From Octopus vulgaris (taxonomy: Eukaryota): DNA of 64,000 bases. The stretch is taken from positions 46,500,001 to 46,564,000 of the forward strand of contig OX597826.1 of the NCBI GenBank assembly GCA_951406725.2. The letters run 5' to 3'. The notes beneath the pieces are model-generated. The model was not told the DNA's origin. It worked only from the letters and a program-made list of their open reading frames with translations, and ran no database searches. Shown here piece by piece: positions 41,814-55,688 of this stretch. The position numbers and the translations under genes are program-made. How positions within the stretch are numbered: the first letter of the stretch is position 1; each line of letters begins with the position of its first letter.

Positions 41814-42036
41814 CGAGGGGGTGCTGAAAAGTTCCTGGCTTTGGGTAAAAGAAAATACAGGAGGATCAGTTAATTATGATTATATTCAATATATTGCCCT
41901 CTCAGATACACACACTTAATGTAGAGGCCCTTTAGTTTTTATGAAATCAAATTTTTAAAAAGAAGTCGGAAGGTTGGGCCTCCAACTAGGCCTTTCGCAC
42001 TACCTTTATAGACAGGAACTTTCCAGCATCTCCTCA
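41814..42036. mobile_element. Mariner-type MITE with imperfect ~28-bp TIRs and TA TSD
   Basis: TA|CGAGGGGGTGCTGAAAAGTTCCTGGCT ... AGACAGGAACTTTCCAGCATCTCCTCA|TA. Confidence 0.8.
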
Positions 42037-42540
42037 TATGTATATTAATTCAGGTAATCTTATTCCATCTATGTATAATTACATATAGTTTTTTAGTGCC
42101 ATAGTTTTGCATGGATAGCTTACAGTTGTGTGCATGCCATCGTTCATGTATATGTACATACATATACGTAAATGTCGAACAACGAGAATAAGTGCTCAAA
42201 ACCGCAATGGTGGATAAAGTCTGTTTATTTGTGTATTAAGGCTACTATTAGTTTCATGTTAAGAAATGTGTCTTAATATCTTGACAATTTTTCAAGCCGA
42301 TCACGTGTATGAATGGTGTTCATCTCCATTTTGGACGTCCTCAAACACCGGATAAGCATTAAACATGAACAGGAACTTAAAACAAACAATATATATATAT
42401 ACGATGGAGTACACAAAAATAACCGGAAACGTTCGCAGTCGGACAAGCTCATTGTAGTTCGGGCTTCCGCTGTTAGAATCCAGTTGATGCATCCATCAGG
42501 CATTAGTCTGCCGACTGTTATCGTCTGGTGTGGTCGTACC

Positions 42541-42668
42541 ACTCACAAGGTTTTGGTCAGCCCGAGGCAATAACAGAAGACGCTCGCCCTAGGTGTCACG
42601 CAGTGGGACTGAACCCGGAAGCATGTTATGATACAAGTTTCTTTACGACACAGTTATGCCTGCGCCTA
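42541..42668 (-). mobile_element. SINE family B head fragment (another at ~41100-41240)
   Basis: GCAGTGGGACTGAACCCGGAA, ACTCACAAGGTTTTGGTCAGCCCGAGG. Confidence 0.8.
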
Positions 42669-42685
42669 TAGAAAATGTTGTCGGA

Positions 42686-42759
42686 AGGTGGCTACGGGGA
42701 TGGAACCCTGTACCTCTCAAACGCTGCCTGAGTACTCTAAAGCATTAAGCTAAGCAACC
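42686..42759 (-). pseudogene. tRNA-Ala(AGC)-like pseudogene
   Basis: Reverse complement folds to a cloverleaf: acceptor GGTTGCT/AGCCACC (1 mismatch), anticodon stem CTCAG/TTGAG, loop GCAGCGT, T loop TTCCATC (damaged). Confidence 0.6.
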
Positions 42760-42779
42760 CCTGACGAAAAAGATATGCG

Positions 42780-42836
42780 CTCTCATGCCGGGAATCGAAC
42801 CCAGTCCACCTGGGTGAAAGCCAGGAATCCTAACCA
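42780..42836 (-). tRNA. tRNA-Glu(TTC), 5'-truncated (pseudogene), followed by a TTTTT Pol III terminator
   Basis: Reverse complement TGGTTAGGATT-CCTGG-CTTTCAC-CCAGG-TGGA-CTGGG-TTCGATT-CCCGG-CATGAGA matches metazoan tRNA-Glu; first ~15 nt replaced by (TA)n. Confidence 0.8.
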
Positions 42837-42866
42837 TATATATACATACATACATACATATATATA

Positions 42867-42937
<71 letters not shown>

Positions 42938-43463
42938 ATGAATTCATACACACTCAAATTCACACACGGGCACACATGCATACACACATACACACTTGTA
43001 TACACATAATATACACACACAAATACTACATGCACTTACATGCACAGATACAGATATAAACATATAGAAAAAAAAACATACGCATAGATGCATACTTACG
43101 TGCATATACACACGTATATATATATATATATATATATGGAGAGAGAAGGAGGGGATCGAAAGGGAAACAGGGGATGGAGAGAGAAAGAGGGATGTCGGGG
43201 AGAGAAAAAAGGAGTTGCAGACATAAAGCTTTGATTTTTAACTTGTTAAAATTATTTCCAAAATCAAAAGAAATCAGGTAGAAATCTTTCATAAAAGCGA
43301 TTTTCAGATAAGTTTTAGATAGAAATCATTGATCACGTCTTTTTCGTTTTCATCGCAAACAGTCGTCTTCTGTATATTGTCTCCAGGTTGAATATATTAC
43401 GACCCGCTCATCCCTTTGTAGCGTAAACTGCATCAGGAAAACCGCTATAGAACGCTCTAGAAA

Positions 43464-43507
<44 letters not shown>

Positions 43508-43795
43508 GTATTTATGCACACTTACACACCAACACACGGAGACACTCTAGCACAGACATCCATGTACGCTCTCACGCACACTCTTATGCACGTTAACGTA
43601 TATAGCAGCATGGGCTCTTTTACAATGAACTTACACACACACACACACACATATGCAACTAAGCTATACACAAATACGCACGCATATACATGGATTTACT
43701 CACACACACACACACACACACACACAAACATAAATATATTTACGCACTCGTAAACACACGTGCACTTACAAACACAATCATAAATAAGCATACTT

Positions 43796-43845
<50 letters not shown>

Positions 43846-44711
43846 CTTCTTTCATTCTCTCCCGTCCCCACATCTCTCTCTGCCTCTCTCTCTCTCTCTC
43901 TCTCTTGCTGACACACACACACATACACACACGAACTTACAAACAAGCAGAAACAATCATATTCAAACATTCACGTGCATACGCATTTAGAAACACTAAT
44001 AAAAAAAAGCATATCTACACACACACCCACACACACACAAACAAACACACACACATCAAAAACATTTCTGTGTAGCTTATTTATTTATTCAGGAGAACTT
44101 TTCACCTATCTTTAACGCTTAATTAAATTTCCTATGTTTCAAAACTGCTTCATTATTTAATTACCAGTAAAGTACGTTGAAACAGCCGGTGGGCATGTTT
44201 CAAAACAAGTATTCAAAAACAAAACAACCGCTTATACTAACTATGGTACACAGCTGTGTATCGAGTTTTGACAAAATATTTTGCATGCCCTGCCCACTAA
44301 ATACTGTCTTGATTCCATCACGTCACATTATTTTAAAACTATTGCATTTTATCCAGCCGCTGTCGACCCACTGTCCATTACTGGATGAAGGCCTCAGTGT
44401 GTTATTGTTAGACTACTATGCTGTATATTGTCACTCTTGTCCTCGCTGGGTTCATGTGCCCATTTGGTTGGTTGATTAACTCTGACCGGAGGTAGCCTGG
44501 CCGTATTTGAACTCAAAACATAGATAACTGGACCTGATGACGCAAGGCATTGGTGCCGATTCACTGAAAATACTACTGATCCGTTATATGGAAATGGTTC
44601 CTTGAAAAGAAAAAAGGCCTAGGATTTGAACATGGAGCATAGAGAGCCAGAACTAATAATACAAAGCTTTGTATTCGATGATTTGCACAGAAATAAATGT
44701 ATTACTGCTGT

Positions 44712-45012
44712 TGTTTGTTCCTTCTCGAGCCATGCCTGGCTCATAAAGGCCGGTTTCCCGGTTTCCTTGGCGTATAGGTTCCCCACCTGGACGGGACGCC
44801 GGTCTGTCGCAGGTGAGCTGCAAGATGCAGGAGGAAAGAGTGAGAGAAAGTTGTGGCGAAATAGCCAGCAGAAGTTCGCTATTACCTTCTGCCTGAGCCG
44901 CGTGGAACTTAGGTGTTTCGCTCATAAACACACACATCACTCGGTCTGAGATTCGAACCAGCGATCCCTCGACCGCGAGTCCGCTGCTCTAACCACTAGG
45001 CTATGTGCCTCC
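44712..45012 (-). mobile_element. SINE family D (tRNA-Arg-like head) with CCTGCGAC...CCCGTCCAG body
   Basis: Reverse complement GGAGGCACATAGCCTAGTGGTTAGAGCAGCGGACTCGCGGTCG...GGTTCGAATC. Confidence 0.85.
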
Positions 45013-47051
45013 ACTATTACTGCTGTCACTCGCAAGTGTCCCATACTTTCGGTCATCGCCTTTGGAGCCTATGTTTTCGCAACTCAGACATTGATACCCT
45101 TTTGGCCTTTCCACTCCCTGAACCCGTAGAGCATCGACAATATGACAGTTGGAGGGAGAAAGACTGCACGATTACTTGGTTTGTTTGTATTCAACTTCAG
45201 TTGAGTACCTGGAGTAACGTCCACTGGAGTGCCTCGCTCAAAGGCAACTGATCCAGCAATCGAAGCCACGATTTTATGGTCATGAACCTAACGCTTTAAC
45301 TAATAGGCCACATTACTTTAGATAAATGCATAACTTGTTAAAAATACTTCTCTACCCCCAACAAGCCATAAAAAAAGGAAGAATAAGAAAGCTGCTTTGC
45401 TGTAACTCTGTGAGAATTTTCTGTAAGACATTCTCAAAATATTTCAATATAACATTTATTTACTCTATGAACATTAACAAAATAAAAAAAAAAGAATGAT
45501 GTCTATGACTGTTCGAGACTACATAGCCATCTAAATCAATTAGTGAAAACATGGTACGTTACCAAAATCTTCGATTCCAAGGGACGACTGCAGTTTTATT
45601 TTATTTTTCATAATTTTTCTTATAGAAAACACTAACAACTAAATTTCTTCTTTCACAAAGCTACACACAAATATATTTACAAGAAAGCAAAAAAAAAAAA
45701 AAAAATATGAAAAAAAAAAAAAAATGAACGGCCACAGGGCTTGTGATAAATATTCAAATCTGCTAAATATAATTGACAGTTAAGTTCTTGCAGTCAGTTA
45801 GTCAAATAATGCAGGGATAATCTGATAATGGTTAATTGTTTGGCACCAACTTCACCAATTCCTCGCTAGATGAAAAACAAAGTAAACTCCAAATATATAG
45901 AGTAGGCGTAGTCAGTTATATTGAATCTGACCCCCGTGACAGTATTTTAACAGGTACGGTTTTAAGCGACCCAGAATAGATGAACGGCAAAGTCAAATGG
46001 GTTGAGATTTGAACTCTAACGTAAATCAGTGATATAGACATTTAGTTTGCCCGTTTTCGAAATAATTTTAAAACTTTGAAAATAACCATGTATATAGTAT
46101 ACTTTATATATACGCACTGTCAAAAGGGTAGTTACTGAAGTAAATAGCCTATCGACAGTATGCATACATGATAAGGATGTTATAAATATGCCAAATTTAA
46201 TTAAATGCTGCTTCTATTGAGTAAACCGGACTTTTAATTCAGCCGGGCGGCTATTTGCAACCTCAGTGAATACTTTATTCATTTTTTCCTATATCAGAGG
46301 CGACGAACAAGGGACTGGTTGAGCGTACGCGTCATTGAAAAGGATCAAAAAGGCCGAAATACACTTAGCACTCTCACTGGCAGCAGTTTGAATAGATTTT
46401 CGTTTTTCTCTGATATTCATTGTGTTAAAAACAACAAATCCATGAGAAATGTTACCTCAGGACAAATACTGCAGTAGCTGGGCTATCGACAATATGCATA
46501 TATTAAGTATGATATATAGGTGGCTATTTTAATCAAATACGACCTCAACTGCATATAACAGATATAAAACTTTGATTTGGTTTACAATACAAAATGTGTA
46601 TTAACGCTTGCAGCAGTCACATAGCAATGGAAGGTGATAGGGGCGGTACGCCTCGGACGAAACTTTTACGAAAGTAATACATTTAGGTGTGCTGTATAAG
46701 TTTGTAGAGCGGAGGTAAAAGGTCGGCAAACTCAGTTGGTGTTCCGAGGCTTCACACACTCTAGTTACGTCAATGACCTGCGGCTGTATAAATATATCTC
46801 TTTATAGACAGATGAATAAGGCTGGAGGAGATTAACTCCTTTGTTAAACAGATACATCATAGCAGATCGTGAACTCTTTGACTATCAACCCATTGACTAG
46901 ATTCAAGTATGATTCTAAATATTCATTGTTCATCAAATATTATATTCTTTCCCTCTATATCACACACACACACAGAGACAGACAGACAGACACACACACA
47001 TACAGAGACACACACACACATACACACACACACCTGTAAATAAATATATAT

Positions 47052-47082
<31 letters not shown>

Positions 47083-47170
47083 AAATACAAAATGGGACAA
47101 GAACGCAAAACATCCGGACAACTAGGTGATACAAAAATGGGACAACAAAACATCCAGATAGACATATTTA

Positions 47171-47224
<54 letters not shown>

Positions 47225-47241
47225 TACACACATGTATATAC

Positions 47242-47298
<57 letters not shown>

Positions 47299-47676
47299 TA
47301 TACACATGTATATACATTTATATATACATATATACATATGCCTTCAAATTTACCTCCCTACCTCCCTACTTATCGACCTATGTATGTATGTATGTATGTA
47401 TCTATCTATCTATCTATCTAATACTCAGTTTTCGAATTTATAGATTAAATGATATAAAACCTGCACGTTTCTCATTCATCTTCGAAGGTAAATTTTGAAG
47501 CTGACGGGAGTGTTTTAAATATTTGGTGGGATAAGATTGTTGTTTCTATGACAAGCATCAACCTACTCGTTTATTTAAGTCAGTCTTACAGTCTTGCGGT
47601 CGTTTACTTAGCTCAGGTTTACAGTCTTATCACAAGTTTTCCGTATTGTTTCTCGGATTGGCTTCTAAAGCACACG

Positions 47677-47723
<47 letters not shown>

Positions 47724-47939
47724 ACACACACACACATGCACACACGCACGCACGCACGCACTCACATTCACACACACATATCAATTTACCGATGTTTCGT
47801 GGAACACTCTTCAATCACAGTGGCTGATTCAAAGGATTACTTTATTGTATAAGCAACTAGTTTTACACCAGAAACGGATTTTTTATCAATAATAGAATTA
47901 ACAGAGAAACAGTAACACAAACAAAACAACGAACGACAA

Positions 47940-48632
<693 letters not shown>

Positions 48633-49127
48633 ATGGCAACAAAGTCAAATAAATAGTTCTCTCTAATAACGTGTGTAACCTAAACACTGCCACATCTTTT
48701 AAGGAAAAGGAAACATTCTAAGCGCTCGGTGACAGTGTTAAGTACCGTTTTTACTTGGAAGCAGAGGTCATGTATGTACAAACAAGAACTCTTCAGATTT
48801 CCATTCTTCAAATATCAGCTTAACTGATTCTTATTTTACCGAAAAGAAAGAATCGAAAGCACTATCAACAAAAATGAAAAAATAAAGATATAAAAGTTTC
48901 TGTAATAAAGAGGTTGCATTTTGCTTCGAAAGTAAACATTTATCTTCGTATGAATATGGTCGGGAGTAGATTTTGATCAACTTTATTCCATTCTGGTTTT
49001 CTTTGAGAAGTGAAAGGAAATAAATCTGAAACTGGAGACATGTAACTATGTTATACAAGACGATATTATAATCTCCGTCGATAAGAAGGACATAACATTC
49101 AGGAGACAAATAAAAATAGAACTAGGT

Positions 49128-49515
49128 GAAGGCGGTGAGCTGGCAGAAACGTTAGAACGCCGGGCGAAATGTTTAGCGGTATTTCGTCTGCCGTTACGTT
49201 CTGAGTTCAAATTCCGACGAGGTCGACTTTGGCTTTCATCCTTTCGGGGTCTGGTATTTTTTTCTATTGGTCTCTTTTGCCGAGCCTAAGTTACGGGGAT
49301 GTAAACACACCAACACCGCTTATCGAGTGGTGGTGAGGAACAGACACACGCGCACACACGACGGGCTTCTTTCGGTTTCCATTTACCAAATCCACTCAAA
49401 AGGCTTTGTTCAGCCTGAGGCTATAGTAGAAAATTTTTTTCCAAGTTGTCACGCAGTGGGACTGAACCCAGAACAATGTAGTTAAGAACTTCTTACCACA
49501 CATCCACTCTTGCGG
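49128..49515. mobile_element. Tail-to-tail fusion of a truncated SINE A (+, 49128-49250) and SINE B (-, ~49255-49515)
   Basis: A core ends at CCTTTCGGGGTC and is immediately followed by reverse-oriented B sequence. Confidence 0.8.
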
Positions 49516-49759
49516 CGCCCGTATCAGCTAAACAAGAGAATAATACATTGTTGTCGGTATTGTTATTTAGCCCTAGTTCAACCCTTATCGAGCAGAACTA
49601 TGTTCAAATGTTTTACGGTCATGACTATTCTTCTTTTTAGACATATTACAACGTCGAGGATTCACATAACGACAATACATTCGAGAGTACAAGGCAAAAT
49701 CTACCCAACTCTATTGGCGTTTAGCTATATTCCACAGATATAAAGAGATTTTTTTTTTA

Positions 49760-50070
49760 TTTCATTTATGCGCCCTTTTCAAGCCTAGCCAGGCTCATGG
49801 GTCCGGTTTCCGGGTTTCTATGGCGTATGTGTCCCCACCCCCCAGCTGGACGGGACGCCAGTCCATCGCAGCGTTACTCAAAAAACAGGAAGAAAGAGTG
49901 AAAGTTGGGGCGAATGAGTACAACAGGGGTCGCTGCCACCTCCTGCCGGAGCCTCGTGGAGCTTTAGGTGTTTTCGCTCAATAAACACACACAACGCCCG
50001 GTCTGGGAATCCAAACCGCGTCCTACGACCGTGAGTCCGCTGCCCTAACCACTGGGTCATTGCGCCTCCA
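49760..50070 (-). mobile_element. SINE family D, CTGCGATGGACTGGCGTCCCGTCCAG body
   Basis: Head homologous to 44712-45012 and 62850-63125. Confidence 0.85.
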
Positions 50071-50472
50071 TAAAGTGATGGGAGACACTAAATAATTAAA
50101 GTGCGCTTTTCTTGGACATCCATGTTGAATTCAAGTTCTTTTCTTTTCTTTTCTGCATGGAAATGTCAGGAAAATCTAGGAAAATCTATTTCCAGTACCA
50201 AGTCGGACACCAAATGTCTTGGTTGACCTTTACCATCGGATCTAGCATTATATTTTATTACTCGGATGATTCACAACCGTCCGTCTCAGGTTAAAATTAC
50301 CGCTCACAGACATACCCTCACCAGATGGATGGTTTTACATGATTCCAAGGGATTCTACAACGATGATAAATGTTGCATCACGTCTATACTATTAGAAAAT
50401 TTAAAACAGATGTTAGGTTAAAGACTTTTGTTTTTAATCGACTGTTTGTATCATAATAATAATAATAATAAC

Positions 50473-50524
<52 letters not shown>

Positions 50525-50705
50525 CATATTGAATGTTACATTGGCGAATGCACTTGTCTGTATTTTAGGAATTTATGTAAATTCCATGAAACAACTTCGA
50601 TTCCATTTGATCATTTTAATGGACATGTCATTGCTTATAATTTATACTTCAAACTTATACTTTCAAGTAATTTAATGGCTGATTTCACAATATTGGCTTT
50701 ACATG

Positions 50706-50839
<134 letters not shown>

Positions 50840-51039
50840 CATATATATATATACATACATATATATGTATGCATATATATATATATGTATGTATCCATAT
50901 ATATGTATATATACACACACACATATACACATACATATATATATATACACACACATACATATCTGTATGCACATACATACAAAGACAGGCGGGGTGCATG
51001 TGTATATGTGAGTGTGTGTGGCGAGTGAAATTTTGTAAA

Positions 51040-51217
51040 TAGAATTATATACCTTCACTGTATATCGGCTATAGAAAGTACCTAATATTAGGGCATATAA
51101 ACCCCTGTGATGAGAAAAATGGCTATTAATACGCATGGGAATCGAACCCATGGATGTTTATATGTCTTAATATTAGAATTTTCTATAGTCGATATACAGT
51201 GAAGGCTTATAATTCTA
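51040..51217. repeat. Fold-back element, ~62-bp imperfect inverted arms, between microsatellites
   Basis: TAGAATTATATACCTTCACTGTATATCGGCTATAGAAA... versus ...TTTCTATAGTCGATATACAGTGAAGGCTTATAATTCTA. Confidence 0.85.
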
Positions 51218-51249
51218 TAATTCTTACAATATGTATGTATGTATGTATG

Positions 51250-51313
<64 letters not shown>

Positions 51314-51314
<1 letters not shown>

Positions 51315-51687
51315 GGGTTGATTGAAAAGTGACTCCCTATTTTAAAATACTTTAAATTTATTTATTAACTATAATTTTCAGAAAATATGAATATGAAAAG
51401 AAAGAATATAGCAAGGAGTTTTATTTAAAATTCGATATAGGCACCAGCATTCGCCACCAGCTTCAGAAGCCATCCGGGAACTGCATCAATTGATTTTATC
51501 ATGAACTCAAAGGCTTTTAAACTTGTCTATGATGAATCTGCAATAAGATTGAAACTTAATAGACCAATCCCGTTTCTTTCTCCTGGACACAGAAAGAACA
51601 ATTTACTTTTAGCCATTACAGTTAAATCCACACTGGAGCAGTGACTTTTAAAACACACCGCGTGTACATGCACATGCATATGTACCT

Positions 51688-51723
<36 letters not shown>

Positions 51724-52192
51724 ACACACACATACAGGGTGAATGAAAAGTAACTACCTATTTAAAATATTTATAATTTATTCATTAACTATAATTTTAT
51801 TTTCTCAAATTTGTTGTGTATGTTCTTTAATGTATGATTCTTTGTTGTTGGTATTTTTTTTCAAATCGATTGTTTTGTTCGAAATTTAGAAGCCCTGTAA
51901 ACATGGCTGGATGTCTTACTGTGCAGGAGCGCACCCAGCTAATGACACGTTACGAAATTTTGGAGATCAGTTGTTCAAGTGCAAAGATGGTGGAGGATCA
52001 TTAGAAGAAGACATGCAAAGACGATCAAGAATTGTCATGCAAAACTCATGACTACAGGATCTGGGAGATGGACGGTTCGTCGAGGTGGGTTAATGGAGCG
52101 AGTCTACTCTACCAAACCAACGACTTTGGAAGAACTTGAAGGGCGAATACGAGAGGTTATGTCTTCCATCCCAAGAGTTCATGACAAAATCA
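51314..52192. mobile_element. Tc1/mariner-superfamily (DUF4817-type HTH) deleted transposon split by an inversion: 3' end 51314-51508 (-), 5' part 51735-52192 (+)
   Basis: Both TIRs (TA|C.GG.TGA.TGAAAAGT.ACT.CCTATTT) lie in the same orientation. The + part ends ...ELEGRIREVMSSIP-EFMTKS and the - part continues EFMIKSIDAVPG...LVANAGAYIEF*. Confidence 0.82.
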
Positions 52193-52265
52193 CAAAAACA
52201 GACCGGTACTAAAATGTTCTTCATGATAAAATTATTTTAGCGTTTTCTACCTTGTTCTATTTTCC

Positions 52266-52347
<82 letters not shown>

Positions 52348-52377
52348 GCTTATCTATCTATACACACACACATATAT

Positions 52378-52630
52378 GCTAGCAGAAATGTTAGCGCGCC
52401 GGGCGAAATGCTTAGTGGTATTTCGTCTGCCGCTACGTTGTGAGTTCAAATTCCGCCGAGGTCGACTTTGCCTTTCATCCTTTCGGGGTCGATTAAATAA
52501 GTACCAGTTACGCATTGGGGTCGATATAATCGACTTAATCCGTTTGTCTGTCCTTGTTTGTCCTCTCTGTGTTTAGCCCCCTGTGGGTAGTAAAGAAATA
52601 GGTATTTTGTCCGTTCTTACGTTCTGAGTA
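52378..52630 (+). mobile_element. SINE family A with the start of a second unit
   Basis: Full core and tail, then GTATTTTGTCCGTTCTTACGTTCTGAGT. Confidence 0.88.
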
Positions 52631-53499
52631 TGAGTAAAAAACACTGTACCCTTCTGCCAAGCCATGTGGAACCAGTGTATCAGAGTAAGCTCATCAAACC
52701 AGTATGATCTGAAGTTCAAATTCGAGGCCTCCACATCAGACAGTGCTTGGTGTAGAGAACGTGCTGAGGCCGTTGTCCTGCAGTGGAGTAAACATGGGCA
52801 ATCGAATCTAATCCAATGTATACTCACACACATACGCTGTTATTTCTGGTTTTGATATTTTTGCTATGAATAGTAGTAGTAATAGTAGTAGTAGTAGTAG
52901 CAGCAGCGGCAGCAGCAGCAAAAGTAGTAGTAGTAGTAGTAGCAGCGGCAGCAGCAGCAAAAGTAGTAGTAGTAGTAGCAGCGGCAGCAGCAGCAAAAGT
53001 AGTAGTAGTAGTAGTAGTAGTAGTTATTAATGTCGTTGTTATTGTTGCTATTGCTGTTTAGTGTCGCTATTTCACTGTCTTAATTTTTCGTTCAGTTGCT
53101 ATGGTTGTTACTGTTGTTGTTGTTATTGTAATTATTGTCTCCTGCTTCAGGTAGACAACAGGTGTGAATGTAATGACGATGATTTATTTTCTCACGTGAA
53201 AACAAGCTGCCCGCTCCAGCTTCATCATATTATGCCAAAAATTTCAATAAATAAAAAACTAAAATGTAAAATAAAAAAATTCAATAAATAAACTGACCTC
53301 AATTGTTATCAACCACTTCCATTCTATTTTCACCTCTTCCCACCACCATGTCTACCACCTCTACTTCTTCAAATTCTGCTCCACACTCTCCCTTTTACTT
53401 TCTCTCTCATTCTTTCTCTCCCCCTCTCCCCCTCCCTTAATATATTATTTTATAACATTTTCAAAATTTAAAAGAATCTTCAGACAGATTCTAATTTTT

Positions 53500-54482
53500 A
53501 ATGAACACTTGATTCCAAACTGATGACCGTTCTTTTCCAGGAACTGGTAACGCGTGGCAACGGGATCAAAAACACTCAGTTCGATATTTTCGTTCAATGG
53601 CTGCCTTCAGTTCACCGATTCTTGCCGGTTTTGTACTGCAAATTTTATGTTTCATGTAGCCCCACAAAAATGCTCTGTGGTTTGAAAACCGGTGAAGGCA
53701 AAGGGTTTTATACTGAACCTCTTCGTCCAGTTCACTTGTGTAGCAAAATTTCATTTAGGTAGGTTCCATATCTTCAAATTCCTCTTGAATACATGGCCTG
53801 ACAAATTGTTGCAACAAGTTCAAGTAAATAAGAGTAGTCACAGTACCGCTATAAAGAAATAGTTCAGTTAATTCTTTTGATAATAAGCTACTCAATATTG
53901 TAACTTCAGGCAAATTAACAAGGTATTGCCCGTGATATGCAGTTTCTTAGGTTCCCAGTGGGTGCAACTGTGGGGGTTAATTGAACTATTTAATTCAAAT
54001 GTAAGTTCATCACTCAAAACAATCTTTGTTGGAAAGTCTGCATTTTCTACAGCTCTTGTCATGTACTCCTCGCAGAAGTCCACTCTGGATGACATTTGTT
54101 AGGAGCATAGACTATTCTTGGAATATAAACTTTTCCAATGAGAGCGCTTCAAATCGCGATGGATGCTTGATTTTGAAATTCTTATCTCACGACCCACTTG
54201 CCTCACAGATTTCCTTGAACCCTTGCAATGCGCTTTTAGTACCCTTTCTGGCTTCGTAGGGCTCGTCGATGTCTGCGATCTTCAGGAACGTTTCTTGTTG
54301 ACATTTTAAATAATTCTATCCGCTTCAAGTTCGTCTCCAATCCGAGAGATGGTAAGTCGCAAAGGTGGATATGCTTGAAACTACCGCCTAAACTGTTTTT
54401 GTAGTTCGTCTGCGTTTTCAGACTTACAAAAGGGTTCTAATATAAATTTCCTTTGTTCGAAGCTAAGTCTGACTCCCTTCAT
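53500..54482 (-). pseudogene. Decayed IS630-Tc1-mariner transposase (DUF4817-type N-terminus)
   Basis: MKGVRLSFEQRKFIL...KSVRQVGREIRISKSSIHR...RVDFCE...IVLSDELTFELNSSINPHSC...FLWGYMKHKI.STKPARIGELKAAI. Confidence 0.82.
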
Positions 54483-54489
54483 AATTTCT

Positions 54490-55250
54490 CCATCCATTCA
54501 TCCATCTCCATCCACCATTCCTAGGAGGATGATAGGAATACAGTCCTAAGGTTCCTTCACCATAGGGTCATATCTGAAGCAACCGTCATTACACTTTCCG
54601 ACTGGATTCTCAAGCATGACCAAATGAAACTACAGATAGAATCCAACCAACTCCTTCTTAGGTCTCTCGCTAGTTGCCTCGGTTTGAAGAATCCATCTTG
54701 CGATTATTTTCTGCGATATTCTGATCATATGTTCATAGTACCGGAGCTGTGATCTCTCAATGCACTTGAATGGCGGTTCGATCTGTAGAGACTTCCTGAT
54801 CTTCGAGTTACACAGGCCGTTGAGTAATGTTACTCCAGAGATCCTTCAGAGAAACTCCATTTTGATCACTTGAAATTCTCGATCGTTCATTTTTTTTGTC
54901 ATTAGCAATATTCATGACCATAGATGACGACAGGTACAGAAACCGAAGTGTTGATAGCGAGTTTCACTTGTTTACTAACCTCTCTTTCCATGAAAATTAA
55001 ATTTGGCGTATTAGTGTACGAACACCTATAATTCCAGCATCCAATTCAGCCTCCTGATTCTCATCATTCATGAATACTGTTCAATTATACTTAAGCTTTT
55101 ACACTTTTCGCAGTGATGTTCCACTAAAATGCAGAATGCACTGGGGAGACGTTCTTGAAAAGACCAATGCCTATGTCTTTACAACGATTATTCTCAGCCT
55201 TGCCTTGCAACACTCTGTAGCGAACTTTGTCTTGAACGAATAAGATGAGT
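54490..55250 (-). mobile_element. 5'-truncated RTE (Expander/Rex3-like) LINE 3' portion, heavily mutated
   Basis: VPVVIYGHE, KMEFL.RISGVTL, IRKSLQIEP..IERSQLRYY.HMIR motifs; GGATG-rich tail at ~54490-54515. Confidence 0.78.
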
Positions 55251-55617
55251 AGAAACTGCTGTCTTTTGAAAGATGATGAGCATACTTATTAGTGCAATCG
55301 CCAAATTGACAAACATTTTGCTTTTAGCGATGTTCTGAGGAATCCATTTCCGCATGCGCTGCGGAATTCCATTTATACAGTGCATAAGATGGAGTCAATA
55401 GTTACTGACATGTTAATGAGTATGGCATAACATTGGTTAAAATGTCAATTCGTGAAACGATTGTAAATAACGGATTAAAAGTAATATCGCTAACTCCATA
55501 TAAATACATGTATGTTTGTGTGTGTGTGTTGTGTATACATACACACACACGCACACACACAAAGATACAAATACATATACATAAATATATATGTATATAC
55601 ATATATATGTATATGCA

Positions 55618-55688
<71 letters not shown>

